Positions 19,441 to 30,565 of a stretch of 64,000 bases of DNA are shown here, piece after piece. The notes below the pieces were generated by a model. It had not been told where the DNA came from, did not search any database, and was given only the letters and a program-made list of their open reading frames with translations. The stretch comes from Planctomycetia bacterium (GTDB lineage: Bacteria > Planctomycetota > Planctomycetia > JALXBF01 > JBGPMX01): NCBI GenBank assembly GCA_036758585.1, contig DAIOWH010000009.1, forward strand, positions 1,573 to 65,572, given 5' to 3'. The translations under genes were made by a program, and so were the position numbers. Each line of letters begins with the position of its first letter. The stretch's first letter is position 1.

Positions 19441-19575
19441 ACCACAAAGGGCACAAAGAGCACACAGGGGGATCTTCTCGTCACGATCGCTTCCTCTTTG
19501 TGTTCTTTGTGCCCCTTGTGGTTGAATCCCGATGCGCGGTTGAACCGGTGCAACGGCTCAACGGTTCAACGGTCC
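19441..19575. promoter_or_regulatory. Imperfect 26-bp inverted repeat (ccacaaagggcacaaagagcacacag / ctttgtgttctttgtgccccttgtgg) plus three tandem heptamers (CAACGGC/TCAACGGT/TCAACGGT) between the cytochrome gene 3' end and the ECF sigma start
   Basis: Read directly from sequence. Position is consistent with a terminator for the cytochrome gene and/or an operator/promoter of the ECF sigma operon. Confidence 0.4.
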
Positions 19576-19577
19576 AG

Positions 19578-21182
19578 CTATTTCGCGCCGCGGATCATTT
19601 CGCGAATGGCGGGCCAGAGTTTCTCGTCCTCGCCGGCGGGTTCGCCGTGTTCGACGTCGGCCCAACGCTCGTCGAAGTCGAATCCCGGATCGTTATCGTG
19701 ATCGTGGCAGCGCTCGCACAGGTTGTGATCCTTGGTTTGCGGTTTGGTTCGCACCAATCTGCGGGCGCGGGCGCGGTCTTCGTCGGTGGCGTCGAGGTTC
19801 AGGTATATCTTCACGTGCTCGCTGCCGGGGCCGTGGCAGTTTTCGCAGCCGTTGCCGTTGAGGTGCGCCGTGTTGGGCAGGCCGTCGTAGCCGCCGGTGT
19901 AGAAGAATCCCGTGGTATGACAACTGACACATTCGGGGTTCACGTGCTTGCCGGGGGCGATCCGCTTGCCTTGCTCTTCGTGACCGTTCACCAATGTCTC
20001 GAGTGCATGCGCGTGGCGCGTACCCTTCCAGAACTTGAACACGTTTGGATGGCACTGTTTGCACGCATCGGAGCCGAGAAAACGCAACTGCGGTCCGTCG
20101 GGGTAGGGCACCCGCGGCGCGTTTTCCACCAGTTTCAGCTCACGGTACTTTTCGATGAGATCTTCGTCGAGCAGCTTGCGAATCTCCTTGTCATGCTCAA
20201 ATCGGTCGTCGAGCGGCACGAGTTGGTAGCGCATTCGCTCGCCCTGGCTGAATACCCCGATCGCGCCGGTGTACTTGCCCTGAGCGCCGATCGTCACGAG
20301 CATGGTCTTGCCATTGTTGGCCCATTCGGCGTTGCTCGTCGGTTCGTCGGCGTCGTAGGTGTGGATGATCACGTCGAGGTCAGGGAACTTGGCGGCCAGC
20401 GCCTGGGCCTCCGAGATCGGACCGTAGAGCAGCACCACTTGCAGGTCCGAGGCCTGTTTCAGCTCGGGCAGCTTCTGCTGAAGCACGTCGGCAGGCGGCA
20501 TCCATCGCCGAATCTCAGGGTCGGCCATCTGATCTTTGTGCTTGTCACCGACCAACCCGACGACGCCTACCCGGGTGTTTCCCACTTGGCGGACGAACGC
20601 CGGGTAGACAAGTTTCTCCTTGTGCCAATCTTCGGTAATGTCCAAGTTCAAGCTGACGACGCGCGGCTCGGCTGGCCTGTCGACGTTGATCAGCATTCCC
20701 ATGAGACCGACAAAGCCGTTGCGTACGGCGATGTCTTCGGGAGCGATGTTTAACACGGTGTAGCGCATTCGTTGCATGGCTAGCAGGGCCACTTCCATTT
20801 TGGCCCCAGCCTGTTCGGCGCCGGCGACGAACTTGATGTGAGCGGTCTGCCGGCTGTGGTTGTCGAGCACGCCGCCGAGATCGAGGCAGAGCGTCGGCCA
20901 TTGCCGCTGGCTCAAGCTGCGAATGAACGTCATGCGGCGGGCGAGTCCGCCCTTTTGGAACTCAGGCGAGCAGCCGCACGGTTCGAGGTAGCCCCACTGT
21001 TGACCAGAAAAAACAATGACCGCGTCGGGCTTCGGCCAGTCGCGAAACAACTCCAGGCGCTGGTCCAGCTTGGCCGTTGGTTTCCCTTGAGGCGGGGTTG
21101 GGTTGCCGCCCGAACAGACGACGCAGGCCACTGCCGTGGCGACGATTCCAGCGAACGCGATACCAATCGAGCGAATGTACAC
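19578..21182 (-). CDS. Multiheme c-type cytochrome (4 CXXCH) with N-terminal domain of unknown function; secreted
   Basis: CKQCH, CVSCH, CENCH, CERCH in the C-terminal half. N-terminal signal anchor. Confidence 0.7.
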   Translation of the reverse strand: MYIRSIGIAFAGIVATAVACVVCSGGNPTPPQGKPTAKLDQRLELFRDWPKPDAVIVFSGQQWGYLEPCGCSPEFQKGGLARRMTFIRSLSQRQWPTLCLDLGGVLDNHSRQTAHIKFVAGAEQAGAKMEVALLAMQRMRYTVLNIAPEDIAVRNGFVGLMGMLINVDRPAEPRVVSLNLDITEDWHKEKLVYPAFVRQVGNTRVGVVGLVGDKHKDQMADPEIRRWMPPADVLQQKLPELKQASDLQVVLLYGPISEAQALAAKFPDLDVIIHTYDADEPTSNAEWANNGKTMLVTIGAQGKYTGAIGVFSQGERMRYQLVPLDDRFEHDKEIRKLLDEDLIEKYRELKLVENAPRVPYPDGPQLRFLGSDACKQCHPNVFKFWKGTRHAHALETLVNGHEEQGKRIAPGKHVNPECVSCHTTGFFYTGGYDGLPNTAHLNGNGCENCHGPGSEHVKIYLNLDATDEDRARARRLVRTKPQTKDHNLCERCHDHDNDPGFDFDERWADVEHGEPAGEDEKLWPAIREMIRGAK

Positions 21183-21213
21183 AAACGGCTCCTTCCGTTT
21201 TCCTGCGGCCTGG

Positions 21214-22341
21214 TCACTGACTAACGCTGCCTCGGACCGGAATCTTGATCAGCTTGGCAGACTCGTGCGTAGTTTCCAGTTCGATGGTGCCGCGAAAGTC
21301 GCCGCCCGGCGCCCCCGCCGGCACCTCGACGGTCAGACGATAGAAGTTCTTTGCCGATTCGGACGGCTTCAACGAAACTTTGAGGAAAGCAACGGGCACC
21401 TTGGCCACTTTGACCTCGACCGGATCGGGCGTGCGGACCTTGATGAACAGGTTCTTCGTGCCGCCTTGGTTCACCTTGACGGTTTGGAAATCTATGCGGT
21501 CGTCCGGTGTGAGGATCACGTCGCCGACCACCTGGCCGGCGACCGTGAGGTCGAGCGTCGGCCGTTCGGCGTAGTTCGTCTTGAGTGTGAGCTTGCCGCC
21601 GAACGGGCCGATCGGCAGCCCGGGTTTTACCTCCACGATCACTTTAGCGCCGCTTTTTGCTTCCATGAGGCTGAGATAGTCTGCAGTCGCCGGTTCGAAC
21701 GTCGCTGTGATCAGTTCGTTCGATGTGTCGAACCCGGTGAGTTCCAGGTTGTCCAGTTTTCTCGAATACACGTACATGCTCTGAGTGGTCGATTCGCTGC
21801 TGCGGGCTTCGTCGAACTGAACCTGAATCAGGGTCTGTTCTACGAAGGCGACAATCTTGCCCGAGACAAATGTCTCGACAATAGGCAACGCTACGTCGTT
21901 GCTCAGTATCTTGGCGCTGGTGCGAAAATCGCCCGCCCGAAGCTCTGTGTCCCACGACATTTCAACGGCGGCTGACTGGCCCGGTGGAACCCGGATCGCC
22001 TCGGTCGGCGGCAAACCCTTCTTCGGTTCCCACAACAAGTGGGCCAGCTTGACGCTCGTGCAACCACACGATGTGTTGGCGATGCGCAGCTCGAGATCCC
22101 CTTCACCCTCGTTCTTCACGTTGAAGACGTGCGTGCCTTTCTGCTGCTGGTCCATGGTTCCGAAGTCGAACTCAGTCACGTCGAGCACAGCCTTGGGCGG
22201 CGGGCCCTTGGGCGGCTTGGGTAGCTCCAACTGGCCGTTGCCAGCCGATTCGCTCGGTTCTTCGCCCGGCGAACGAAAACGCCCCCAAGCCAGAAAGGAT
22301 GCGACCGCTACAACAACAACGACGCCGACAAGTCGCTTCAT
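21214..22341 (-). CDS. DUF1573 domain protein (secreted)
   Basis: N-terminal TM/signal. DUF1573 signature FDFGTMDQQQKGTHVFNVKNEGEGDLELRIANTSCGCT. GAGGAG SD. Confidence 0.65.
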   Translation of the reverse strand: MKRLVGVVVVVAVASFLAWGRFRSPGEEPSESAGNGQLELPKPPKGPPPKAVLDVTEFDFGTMDQQQKGTHVFNVKNEGEGDLELRIANTSCGCTSVKLAHLLWEPKKGLPPTEAIRVPPGQSAAVEMSWDTELRAGDFRTSAKILSNDVALPIVETFVSGKIVAFVEQTLIQVQFDEARSSESTTQSMYVYSRKLDNLELTGFDTSNELITATFEPATADYLSLMEAKSGAKVIVEVKPGLPIGPFGGKLTLKTNYAERPTLDLTVAGQVVGDVILTPDDRIDFQTVKVNQGGTKNLFIKVRTPDPVEVKVAKVPVAFLKVSLKPSESAKNFYRLTVEVPAGAPGGDFRGTIELETTHESAKLIKIPVRGSVSQ

Positions 22342-22468
22342 ACGTCTTCTCCTCGGATCACCTCAGCCAGTATTCGGAAGATGATGGATCATGACTACGT
22401 CATTCTAATTGGGCATCAACTGCTTGCAAGGCGGGGCTCCGAATGGGGTGTATTCCCGTAGCTGCGCC

Positions 22469-22563
22469 TCGCTCGTTTAACCCGCAGCCGCAGGCGAGGT
22501 CGTGTTTGATCCGTGCAATTCGCACGATGCCGACCTCGCCTGCGGCTGCGGGTTAAGCGAGCG
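22469..22563. repeat. GC-rich palindromic repeat element, copy 1 (33-bp arms cgctcgtttaacccgcagccgcaggcgaggtcg, one mismatch; 28-nt loop with inner palindrome gtgcaattcgcac)
   Basis: Read directly. Located between the DUF1573 gene start and the O-antigen-ligase gene 3' end. Confidence 0.75.
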
Positions 22564-22634
22564 ACGAATGCAATTACGGGTATGTACCCCTGCGAATGGA
22601 CGGACGTGGCGGCGACTGGGTCGCGATGCCCTTG

Positions 22635-24899
22635 TCACCCTTGCTCCAGGGTCCCTCGTTTGTCGCGATCGAGCCGCTGCATGATCACCGCGCGTTCGTC
22701 ATTCGAGAGCTTTTTGTCCACGTGTGGCGTGCCCGCGTCCAACTCGAGCGCCCGCTGCATTTCCTGCTGGGCCGCTTCCGTGTTGCCTGCCTGCCACAGC
22801 GAGTCCGCCAGTCGAGCGTGCAGCGTCGCGCTGGTCGGATACAACTCCACGCACGCCCGGAACGAATCGGCTGCCCGGGACCACCACGCCGGCGATTGAT
22901 CGCGCCGGCCCCGCGCCGCGAACAGTTCCGCCTCGAGTCGCCGGCTTTCAAGGTCGCGCGGCGACACCTGCGCCGCCATGCGCAAGGACTCGGCGGCCAG
23001 GTCAAACTCAGACTCTGCTGTTCGACGGCGACCTGACCACCAGCGCTGGTAGTGAATACGCGACAGTTCCAGCCACGGTTCGACCCACTCGGGATCCGAT
23101 CGGGCCGCGGCCTGAAACTGGGCTTCCGCCGCCGCCAACTCGCCCTGGCTGAGCCGCCACCGCCCGACCGCCACCGCCGACTGGGCCGCAGTGACCGGCT
23201 GCAGCACCCACAGTCCGAACCACACGACCATCGCGGTTGCCGCGGCCAGCAATGCTCGCGCGCACCACGGACCACGCACCCACGGCTCGCTCGCCTCATC
23301 GCGTGCGTTCAAACCGAGGGCCAATAGTACCCAGAGACTCTGCGCGACGCCTGGCATGCCGATGCCTCCGGCGCCGAGCAGGTGGATGGCCAGGCCGAGC
23401 GCCGCAACTGCGAAGGTTCGCGGCCCTAAGGAACTGTGTCGGCCGACGACCGCCAGACTCGCCGCGGCAAGGCACCAGCCCAACGCCAGCAAACAATGGA
23501 ATATCGGCTCGAGCGGCGCGAGCACCATCGCCGCGACCCAACCGCCCGCGCCGGCCGCGGCCAGCAGACGCCAGTCGAGTTCGGTCTGACGGCTGGTGGT
23601 TGACGCGGACGATCGCCCCGCTCGCCACAGCGCGGCGAAAAGCGTGAAGACGAAGGCCGCGCCAGCGAACGCGCCGCTCGTGGCGCACAGCTCCAGCACC
23701 ATGTTGTGCGGATCGGCGATCTCTTCGCTCGATTCGGGCAGCTTATACTTCAAGTAGTGGCTGCGAAAGTTTCCCGGACCGACGCCTGCCCACAAGTGGT
23801 CGCTCACGAGATCCACTGTCGCCGTCCAGTATTGCCAGCGATAGCCCAGCGACTTGGTCGCCTGCGTCACGAGCTTGGCGTCGATCTTAGCGAGCCGCTT
23901 GGCTTCGATGAGCGCGACCGCCAGCGCAACCACAGCCATAACGGCCGCGATCGCGATCGCCCGCCGCGCTGGGCGTTGCCGCATCGTACGCACAAGAGCT
24001 GCACCACCCGCCAGAGCCAACAGCACGATTTGAACCAGACACGCGGCGTAGGCCGTGCGGCTTTGCGTCAGCACCAGGCACAACACCATCGCGAGCATAC
24101 CGACGCCACTGACGATTTCGGCGACCCACCACGCCGCACCACCCTCGCGTCTCGCCGTGGTCTCGTCGCTCGCGGACGAACGGCCTGAGTGAGTCGCACT
24201 CTCGGCGTTCGGCAGTCCCGTCGACCGACCGAACAGCCACACCAGACCGATGGGCAACCACGCGACCAGGAATCCAGCCAGCGAATTGGCCAAGGCGAAC
24301 GTCGCGAACGGTTCGTGCGACATCAGCCGATTCTTAAACGACTGCTCTTGCGGACTGCCGGGGGCGATGCCGATCGTTTCCAGCACACCGCTTGGATCGC
24401 TGAGGTATTCGGCCCGCAGCGGCTGCAGGCCCCAGAAGACCTGGTAGATCCCGTAGCTCGCCAGGCTCACAGCGGCCGCTGCCAGAATCAGCGCGAGTGC
24501 GTGCCGCGCTTCGGAGCGGCGAAAGAGCTGTCGCACAAGAAAGTACGACAGCACCAGACTGGTCCATTCGCACGCCATGATCAGCGCCGGCCGCCGCGCT
24601 TCGGCCCACGCCGCGGAGATTAGCACAGCCGCCAGCAACACCACGGCGCCCGCATCGGCGACGCACACGACGATACGCACCGGCCCACGCGCCCACTGCG
24701 ACGCGGCCCACAGAATGCCGACAACGCCCCACAGGGCAACCACGAGCAACCCACTGCCTGCGTCGGCATCCTCGCTCGGGAACAGCGGTCGAACGAGCAC
24801 CAACGCGGCGGCCACGATCGCAGCCGTACGCTCGAGTCGGTCGGCTACGCGCGCCGCGACCGCAGTCGGGTTTGGTCGTTGAGTTCGTTGGCGCCCCAC
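22635..24899 (-). CDS. O-antigen ligase (Wzy_C) family polytopic membrane protein with C-terminal TPR domain
   Basis: At least 10 TM helices. Wzy_C-like motif HNMVLELCATSGAFAGAAF. C-terminal TPR-like repeats. Confidence 0.65.
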   Translation of the reverse strand: MGRQRTQRPNPTAVAARVADRLERTAAIVAAALVLVRPLFPSEDADAGSGLLVVALWGVVGILWAASQWARGPVRIVVCVADAGAVVLLAAVLISAAWAEARRPALIMACEWTSLVLSYFLVRQLFRRSEARHALALILAAAAVSLASYGIYQVFWGLQPLRAEYLSDPSGVLETIGIAPGSPQEQSFKNRLMSHEPFATFALANSLAGFLVAWLPIGLVWLFGRSTGLPNAESATHSGRSSASDETTARREGGAAWWVAEIVSGVGMLAMVLCLVLTQSRTAYAACLVQIVLLALAGGAALVRTMRQRPARRAIAIAAVMAVVALAVALIEAKRLAKIDAKLVTQATKSLGYRWQYWTATVDLVSDHLWAGVGPGNFRSHYLKYKLPESSEEIADPHNMVLELCATSGAFAGAAFVFTLFAALWRAGRSSASTTSRQTELDWRLLAAAGAGGWVAAMVLAPLEPIFHCLLALGWCLAAASLAVVGRHSSLGPRTFAVAALGLAIHLLGAGGIGMPGVAQSLWVLLALGLNARDEASEPWVRGPWCARALLAAATAMVVWFGLWVLQPVTAAQSAVAVGRWRLSQGELAAAEAQFQAAARSDPEWVEPWLELSRIHYQRWWSGRRRTAESEFDLAAESLRMAAQVSPRDLESRRLEAELFAARGRRDQSPAWWSRAADSFRACVELYPTSATLHARLADSLWQAGNTEAAQQEMQRALELDAGTPHVDKKLSNDERAVIMQRLDRDKRGTLEQG

Positions 24900-24958
24900 A
24901 ATGATCTGCTCCTCGACGACTCCGTACTGTGCCGCATGGAATAGGGTCTGAAATCGGC

Positions 24959-25043
24959 TTCGGTCGTTTAACCCGCAGCCGCAGGCGAGGCATGGCTGGC
25001 GATTGTCGCGCCTCGCCTGCGGCTGCGGGTTAAACGAATTCGG
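24959..25043. repeat. GC-rich palindromic repeat element, copy 2 (arms ...cgtttaacccgcagccgcaggcgagg; loop catggctggcgattgtcgcg)
   Basis: Shares the 26-nt core with copy 1 at 22469-22563 in the same orientation. Together the two copies bracket the O-antigen ligase gene. Confidence 0.75.
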
Positions 25044-25067
25044 ACCCCTTTCAATGTGAAGCAGTAC

Positions 25068-26186
25068 TCAGTGATTGGGGCGGTCCTTGCGCAGTCCCGC
25101 CGATTCCAGCACCGCAACCACGCCCAAGACACACGCAACCTGAAGCAGCACGACGAGCGCCGAAAGCCCCGGCATCATCTCCGAGAGCGGATACAGGTGC
25201 AGCGAACCCAGTCCAGTAGCGAGCGTCACCAAGTGAATCGTCAGCACGGCCTGCTTGCCGGTCATCCCGAGCGCGACCAAGCGGTGCGAGAAGTGGCTCT
25301 TGTCGGCCTGGAACGGACTGCGGCCCTCACGCAGCCGGATCAGTATGACCGTGATCGAATCGTAGATCGGCACGGCCAGCACACACAGCGGCGCGGCGAT
25401 CGTGATCTCGGGCAGGTTCTGTCGCGTGAACGTGCCGACCACCGTGACGACTCCCAACATGAACCCGACGAAATTCGATCCGGCGTCGCCCATAAAGATG
25501 CTCGCCGGCGGCCAGTTGAACCACAAGAACCCGCCGAGCGCCCCCAACAACGCCAAGAGAAACCCGGCGACGAAATAGTTCCCCACCAGCGCCATCAGCA
25601 CGCAGAGCAACAACGAGCTGATCCACGCCACGCCCGCCGACAGCCCGTCCATGTTGTCCAGGAAGTTGAACGAGTTGGTCAGGCCGACAATCCACACCAC
25701 GGTGATCGCGCCGCTGATCGCTGCGGACGACAGGGGCGGCAGCAGCGTCATGTGCACTCCCCGCCAGATCAGGATCGCGACCAGTCCCGCCTCGATGGCC
25801 AGTCGCAGCATGTAGCTTAGGCCGCGGCGATCATCGACCAGGCCCATGATCATGACGATCGTGGCCACGCCCAGCACGAGCGCTACGATCGGAGCGCGAC
25901 TGAACATGCCATCGAGATGCATCGTGACAACCGCCGGCGCCCACGACCCGACCTGGACCCAGCCCTGCCGAATCGCCAGCGCGGCCAAGTAGGCCGTGCC
26001 GATGGTGAGCACAAAGGCCGCCCAGATCGCGACGCCGCCCCCCATCGGCTTGGGCACCACATGGACCTTGCGCGCGCCCGGTCGGTCGATGAGGCCCAGC
26101 CGCGGCGCGACCGTTCGCATCAGCCATGTGCCGGCCAGACTGAGCACCAGCGCGGTAAGAAAGGTGACGAGGCCGATGAGCCACAT
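25068..26186 (-). CDS. Glycosyltransferase family 4 (MraY/WecA-like) undecaprenyl-phosphate sugar-1-phosphate transferase
   Basis: 11 TM helices. Motifs DDRRGLS and NSFNFLDNMDGLSAG characteristic of the MraY/WecA superfamily. Confidence 0.8.
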   Translation of the reverse strand: MWLIGLVTFLTALVLSLAGTWLMRTVAPRLGLIDRPGARKVHVVPKPMGGGVAIWAAFVLTIGTAYLAALAIRQGWVQVGSWAPAVVTMHLDGMFSRAPIVALVLGVATIVMIMGLVDDRRGLSYMLRLAIEAGLVAILIWRGVHMTLLPPLSSAAISGAITVVWIVGLTNSFNFLDNMDGLSAGVAWISSLLLCVLMALVGNYFVAGFLLALLGALGGFLWFNWPPASIFMGDAGSNFVGFMLGVVTVVGTFTRQNLPEITIAAPLCVLAVPIYDSITVILIRLREGRSPFQADKSHFSHRLVALGMTGKQAVLTIHLVTLATGLGSLHLYPLSEMMPGLSALVVLLQVACVLGVVAVLESAGLRKDRPNH

Positions 26187-26195
26187 GGGAAGAGT

Positions 26196-26813
26196 TCAGG
26201 TATGAGACTTCGGATGAGATTCCTGGTCCTCAGGAAGCTGCTCCAACTGGAACCTCAGAGTCGGGCCTCGCAACAAGCGGAGGTATTCGGCTCGCGCCGC
26301 CTTGAAGAACTCGCGATAATCGTCGCGCCGATAGTTCGGATAAGTCCAGGGCCACGGCACGTACTCGCCCTGCTCAAACCGCAGCGTGACCTCGGCGAAT
26401 ATACCGCGCTCGAGATAGAGCCGGTGCGCCTGGTCTTTGGTCGTCGCCAACACCCACTTGCCCGCGTTCAGGTAGCCGGGATCCAAGTTCAGCGGCCGTG
26501 CGACGCCGGTTCGGGCCGACGCCCATGCACCCGTCCTGCCACTATCGCGTTCCAACTCATTGGTCGCGAGCTTGATCTCCACCAGGTCCGTGGGCGCTAT
26601 CAGTCGCTGGAACGCGAAGAACTGTTTCTTCAAGCCGGCTCCCATCGAGTCATAGTAATAATGTGTCTCGGTGAAATCGAAGGCCGGGCTGGCGAGTGCG
26701 ATCGGTCCGTAGCGATTCTGCAGGTTGTCCCGCGCCCAGCCGACCGCCTCGGGCCACCGGCTGAACGCCGCGACAATCAACATTACGCGAGCAGGTTCTT
26801 TTGGTTCGGCCAT
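26196..26813 (-). CDS. Conserved hypothetical protein (DUF4416-like)
   Basis: The ORF's real start is likely the internal ATG (MAEPKEP...) at about 26813. Aromatic-rich conserved-looking segments (HYYYDSMGAGLKKQFFAF, GEYVPWPWTYPNYRRDDY). The family assignment is from memory and uncertain. Confidence 0.4.
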   Translation of the reverse strand: MAEPKEPARVMLIVAAFSRWPEAVGWARDNLQNRYGPIALASPAFDFTETHYYYDSMGAGLKKQFFAFQRLIAPTDLVEIKLATNELERDSGRTGAWASARTGVARPLNLDPGYLNAGKWVLATTKDQAHRLYLERGIFAEVTLRFEQGEYVPWPWTYPNYRRDDYREFFKAARAEYLRLLRGPTLRFQLEQLPEDQESHPKSHT

Positions 26814-26957
26814 GATGGATACTCTCGGAATGCTTCTGGGAGACGAGCTTACACCGCCGCCCCACGCTGGCCAATGACGGCGCACCGTGCCTTGGTGGAT
26901 TCGTGCGGCGGACGTTACACTTTTGAGGCAACGTGTTGGATCGATCAGGAGGCGCTC

Positions 26958-27176
26958 ATGCGTAAGCGATACACGGTAAGCGACGGCAAGTTTGTGCTCA
27001 GCCTCGAGGAGGCTGCCGAAGGCGGTTACATCGTCACGTCCCCTCTCGATCCGGAGTTGATCACACAGGCCGAGACGATTGAGGAGGCGTTTGCCAACGC
27101 ACGAGACGTCGCGAAGGCTCTCAAGGAGTCTCGCGCGAGACTGATGCGCCGTTTGGCAGCCACCGCGACTGTGTGA
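26958..27176 (+). CDS. hicB: HicB-like (UPF0150) type II antitoxin, orphan
   Basis: 72-aa product MRKRYTVSDGKFVLSLEEAAEGGYIVTSPLDPELITQAETIEEAFANARDVAKAL matches the HicB/UPF0150 N-terminal fold pattern. CAGGAGG SD lies 6 nt upstream. No intact HicA ORF is evident on either side. Confidence 0.55.
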   Translation: MRKRYTVSDGKFVLSLEEAAEGGYIVTSPLDPELITQAETIEEAFANARDVAKALKESRARLMRRLAATATV

Positions 27177-27261
27177 GAATCGTCATGAATCGCCTGCAGT
27201 TCGAGCGCCACCTCCCCCGGCCAAGGGGATTCTGAAGAGGCCGCACGCCAGTCGAAGCTGA

Positions 27262-29007
<1,746 letters not shown>

Positions 29008-29153
29008 GGGGCGGTCCTCTCGATGTTGCGTTGCTGTTCTGCGGTCCGTCAGATCGGGCGGGATTCTAACAGAAGGTGCTGGAGACCGGGAGTCGCGTCG
29101 CTGCCGACCCAATCAGCGTGTGAGTTGATGGTCGCTGCCGTTGATCCGATCCC

Positions 29154-30014
29154 TCAGCGCTTTGGTCCGACTAATGGTTCGAGGAACTTGAACATCGCTT
29201 TGGTCGCCGGGTCGTCGGGCAGTCCGAGGTCGGCGTTGATCTTGGTGTGAGTTGTTTCGCTCGCCGCAAACACGGTGACCGGGACGTCGGCGGATTGAAG
29301 CGTGGCGCCGAGGCGTCGCGCCTGCGCGGTGACGTCGGGGTGTCCGGCGACGTGGAGAATGAGGAACGGCGGGATTCCCTTCCCCCTTGCTATGTGCGTG
29401 ACGGCGGAAAAATCAATGTGCTTCTTGGGGTCGTTACCAAACTTGACGCGGTGGCCGAATTCCGGGAGTGGCAGCCCGTGCACTGTTTGACGAATCTCGG
29501 CCGTCGTGATCATGGCCGGTATGTCGTAGGTGTCGCCGTCGACGGGCACACAGCCCTTGAGGACGTTGAACGGCACGCCCTCCGCTTTCAAGTAGCGATC
29601 GTCGATACACAGCAGGGCGGCGAGCTGGGCGCCGGCGGAATGCCCCATGACGAATATCCGCCTCGGATCACCGCCGTGCCCGGCGATGTTCTTGTGGACC
29701 CAGCCGAGCGACTTGGCGACGTCGCGGATCAGGTCGCCCATTTCCACATGAGGCAGCAGGCGGTAGTTGGTCGAAACGAAGACGAACCCGTGTTCAGTAA
29801 ACACTCGCGGCTTGATCTGAACGCTGGTCTTGTCTCCCGTCTGCCAGCCGCCGCCATGAATCCAGAACACGACGGGAAGGTTCCTCGCTTCGTCGGGCGC
29901 ATAGATGTCGAGGACTTGGCGCTCATGCGCGGGCTCGGCGTACGGGATGTTGGATTTGGGATTCTGCGCCTGAGCGACGGACACGAGCAACAGCAAGGCG
30001 ATCGCGGGTTTCAT
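29154..30014 (-). CDS. Secreted alpha/beta-hydrolase fold-3 esterase/lipase
   Basis: Signal peptide [16 protein letters not shown] from the internal ATG at about 30014, with AAGGA SD. HGGGW oxyanion motif. GHSAG nucleophile elbow. Confidence 0.75.
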   Translation of the reverse strand: MKPAIALLLLVSVAQAQNPKSNIPYAEPAHERQVLDIYAPDEARNLPVVFWIHGGGWQTGDKTSVQIKPRVFTEHGFVFVSTNYRLLPHVEMGDLIRDVAKSLGWVHKNIAGHGGDPRRIFVMGHSAGAQLAALLCIDDRYLKAEGVPFNVLKGCVPVDGDTYDIPAMITTAEIRQTVHGLPLPEFGHRVKFGNDPKKHIDFSAVTHIARGKGIPPFLILHVAGHPDVTAQARRLGATLQSADVPVTVFAASETTHTKINADLGLPDDPATKAMFKFLEPLVGPKR

Positions 30015-30330
30015 GGCTGTCCTTTTCGGGAAACAAGGTACTTGCATCACGTTCCGTTCTATTGGGTCGCAAGCGACTCGATCTTGCGTTGCCACGGTTG
30101 CATCTCTTTCGGCGATATGTGGATGGTACCGGGCTTGCGTTTCGGGCTGGCCGTTTTATCTTTTCCGAGTGAGCAAGCGGCCGGCAACGGTCCACCGATC
30201 AGCCGGAGACCTGGTGCGGATTCCGACCAGGCGGCCCACAATCCTCCGAAACACCGACGACGCGAACGCCGGCGGCAGGTTATCTTCCGAAGTAGCGAGG
30301 GTCAACCACTGCTGCGTCTGGTGTGCGGCA

Positions 30331-30458
30331 AAATTCTATGGCGACACTAACTCGTTTAACGGCAAGCCGAAGGCGACGGCACACTGGGGTGGGGTCGGTG
30401 CGGTTCGGTTTCGCGCCGTCGCCTTCGGCTTGCCGTTAAACGAGTTGCCATAGAATGT
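30331..30458. repeat. Palindromic repeat element, variant copy 3 (about 43-bp arms ttctatggc...aactcgtttaacggcaagccgaaggcgacgg with a 6-nt indel; 36-nt loop)
   Basis: Read directly. Shares the tcgtttaac terminus and the tandem G/C hexamer organisation with copies 1 and 2, but with a different inner stem. It sits in a 515-bp non-coding stretch upstream of the SLOG-DarT-like gene. Confidence 0.7.
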
Positions 30459-30565
30459 TGCCAGACACTGCGTCTGTTGGACGTGCAATCGTACCGTTAC
30501 GGGAAAGGCGGAGTACTGATCGCCGCTGATTGGCGCTGGTCTGCAGTGCCACGGGTAGCCTGACC

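Noticed and set aside
25917-27176. 419-aa ORF extending upstream of the HicB-like gene
   Set aside because: The 5' part is antisense to the WecA-like and DUF4416-like genes and has no homology. Only the last 72 codons, which have their own SD and ATG, look like a real gene.
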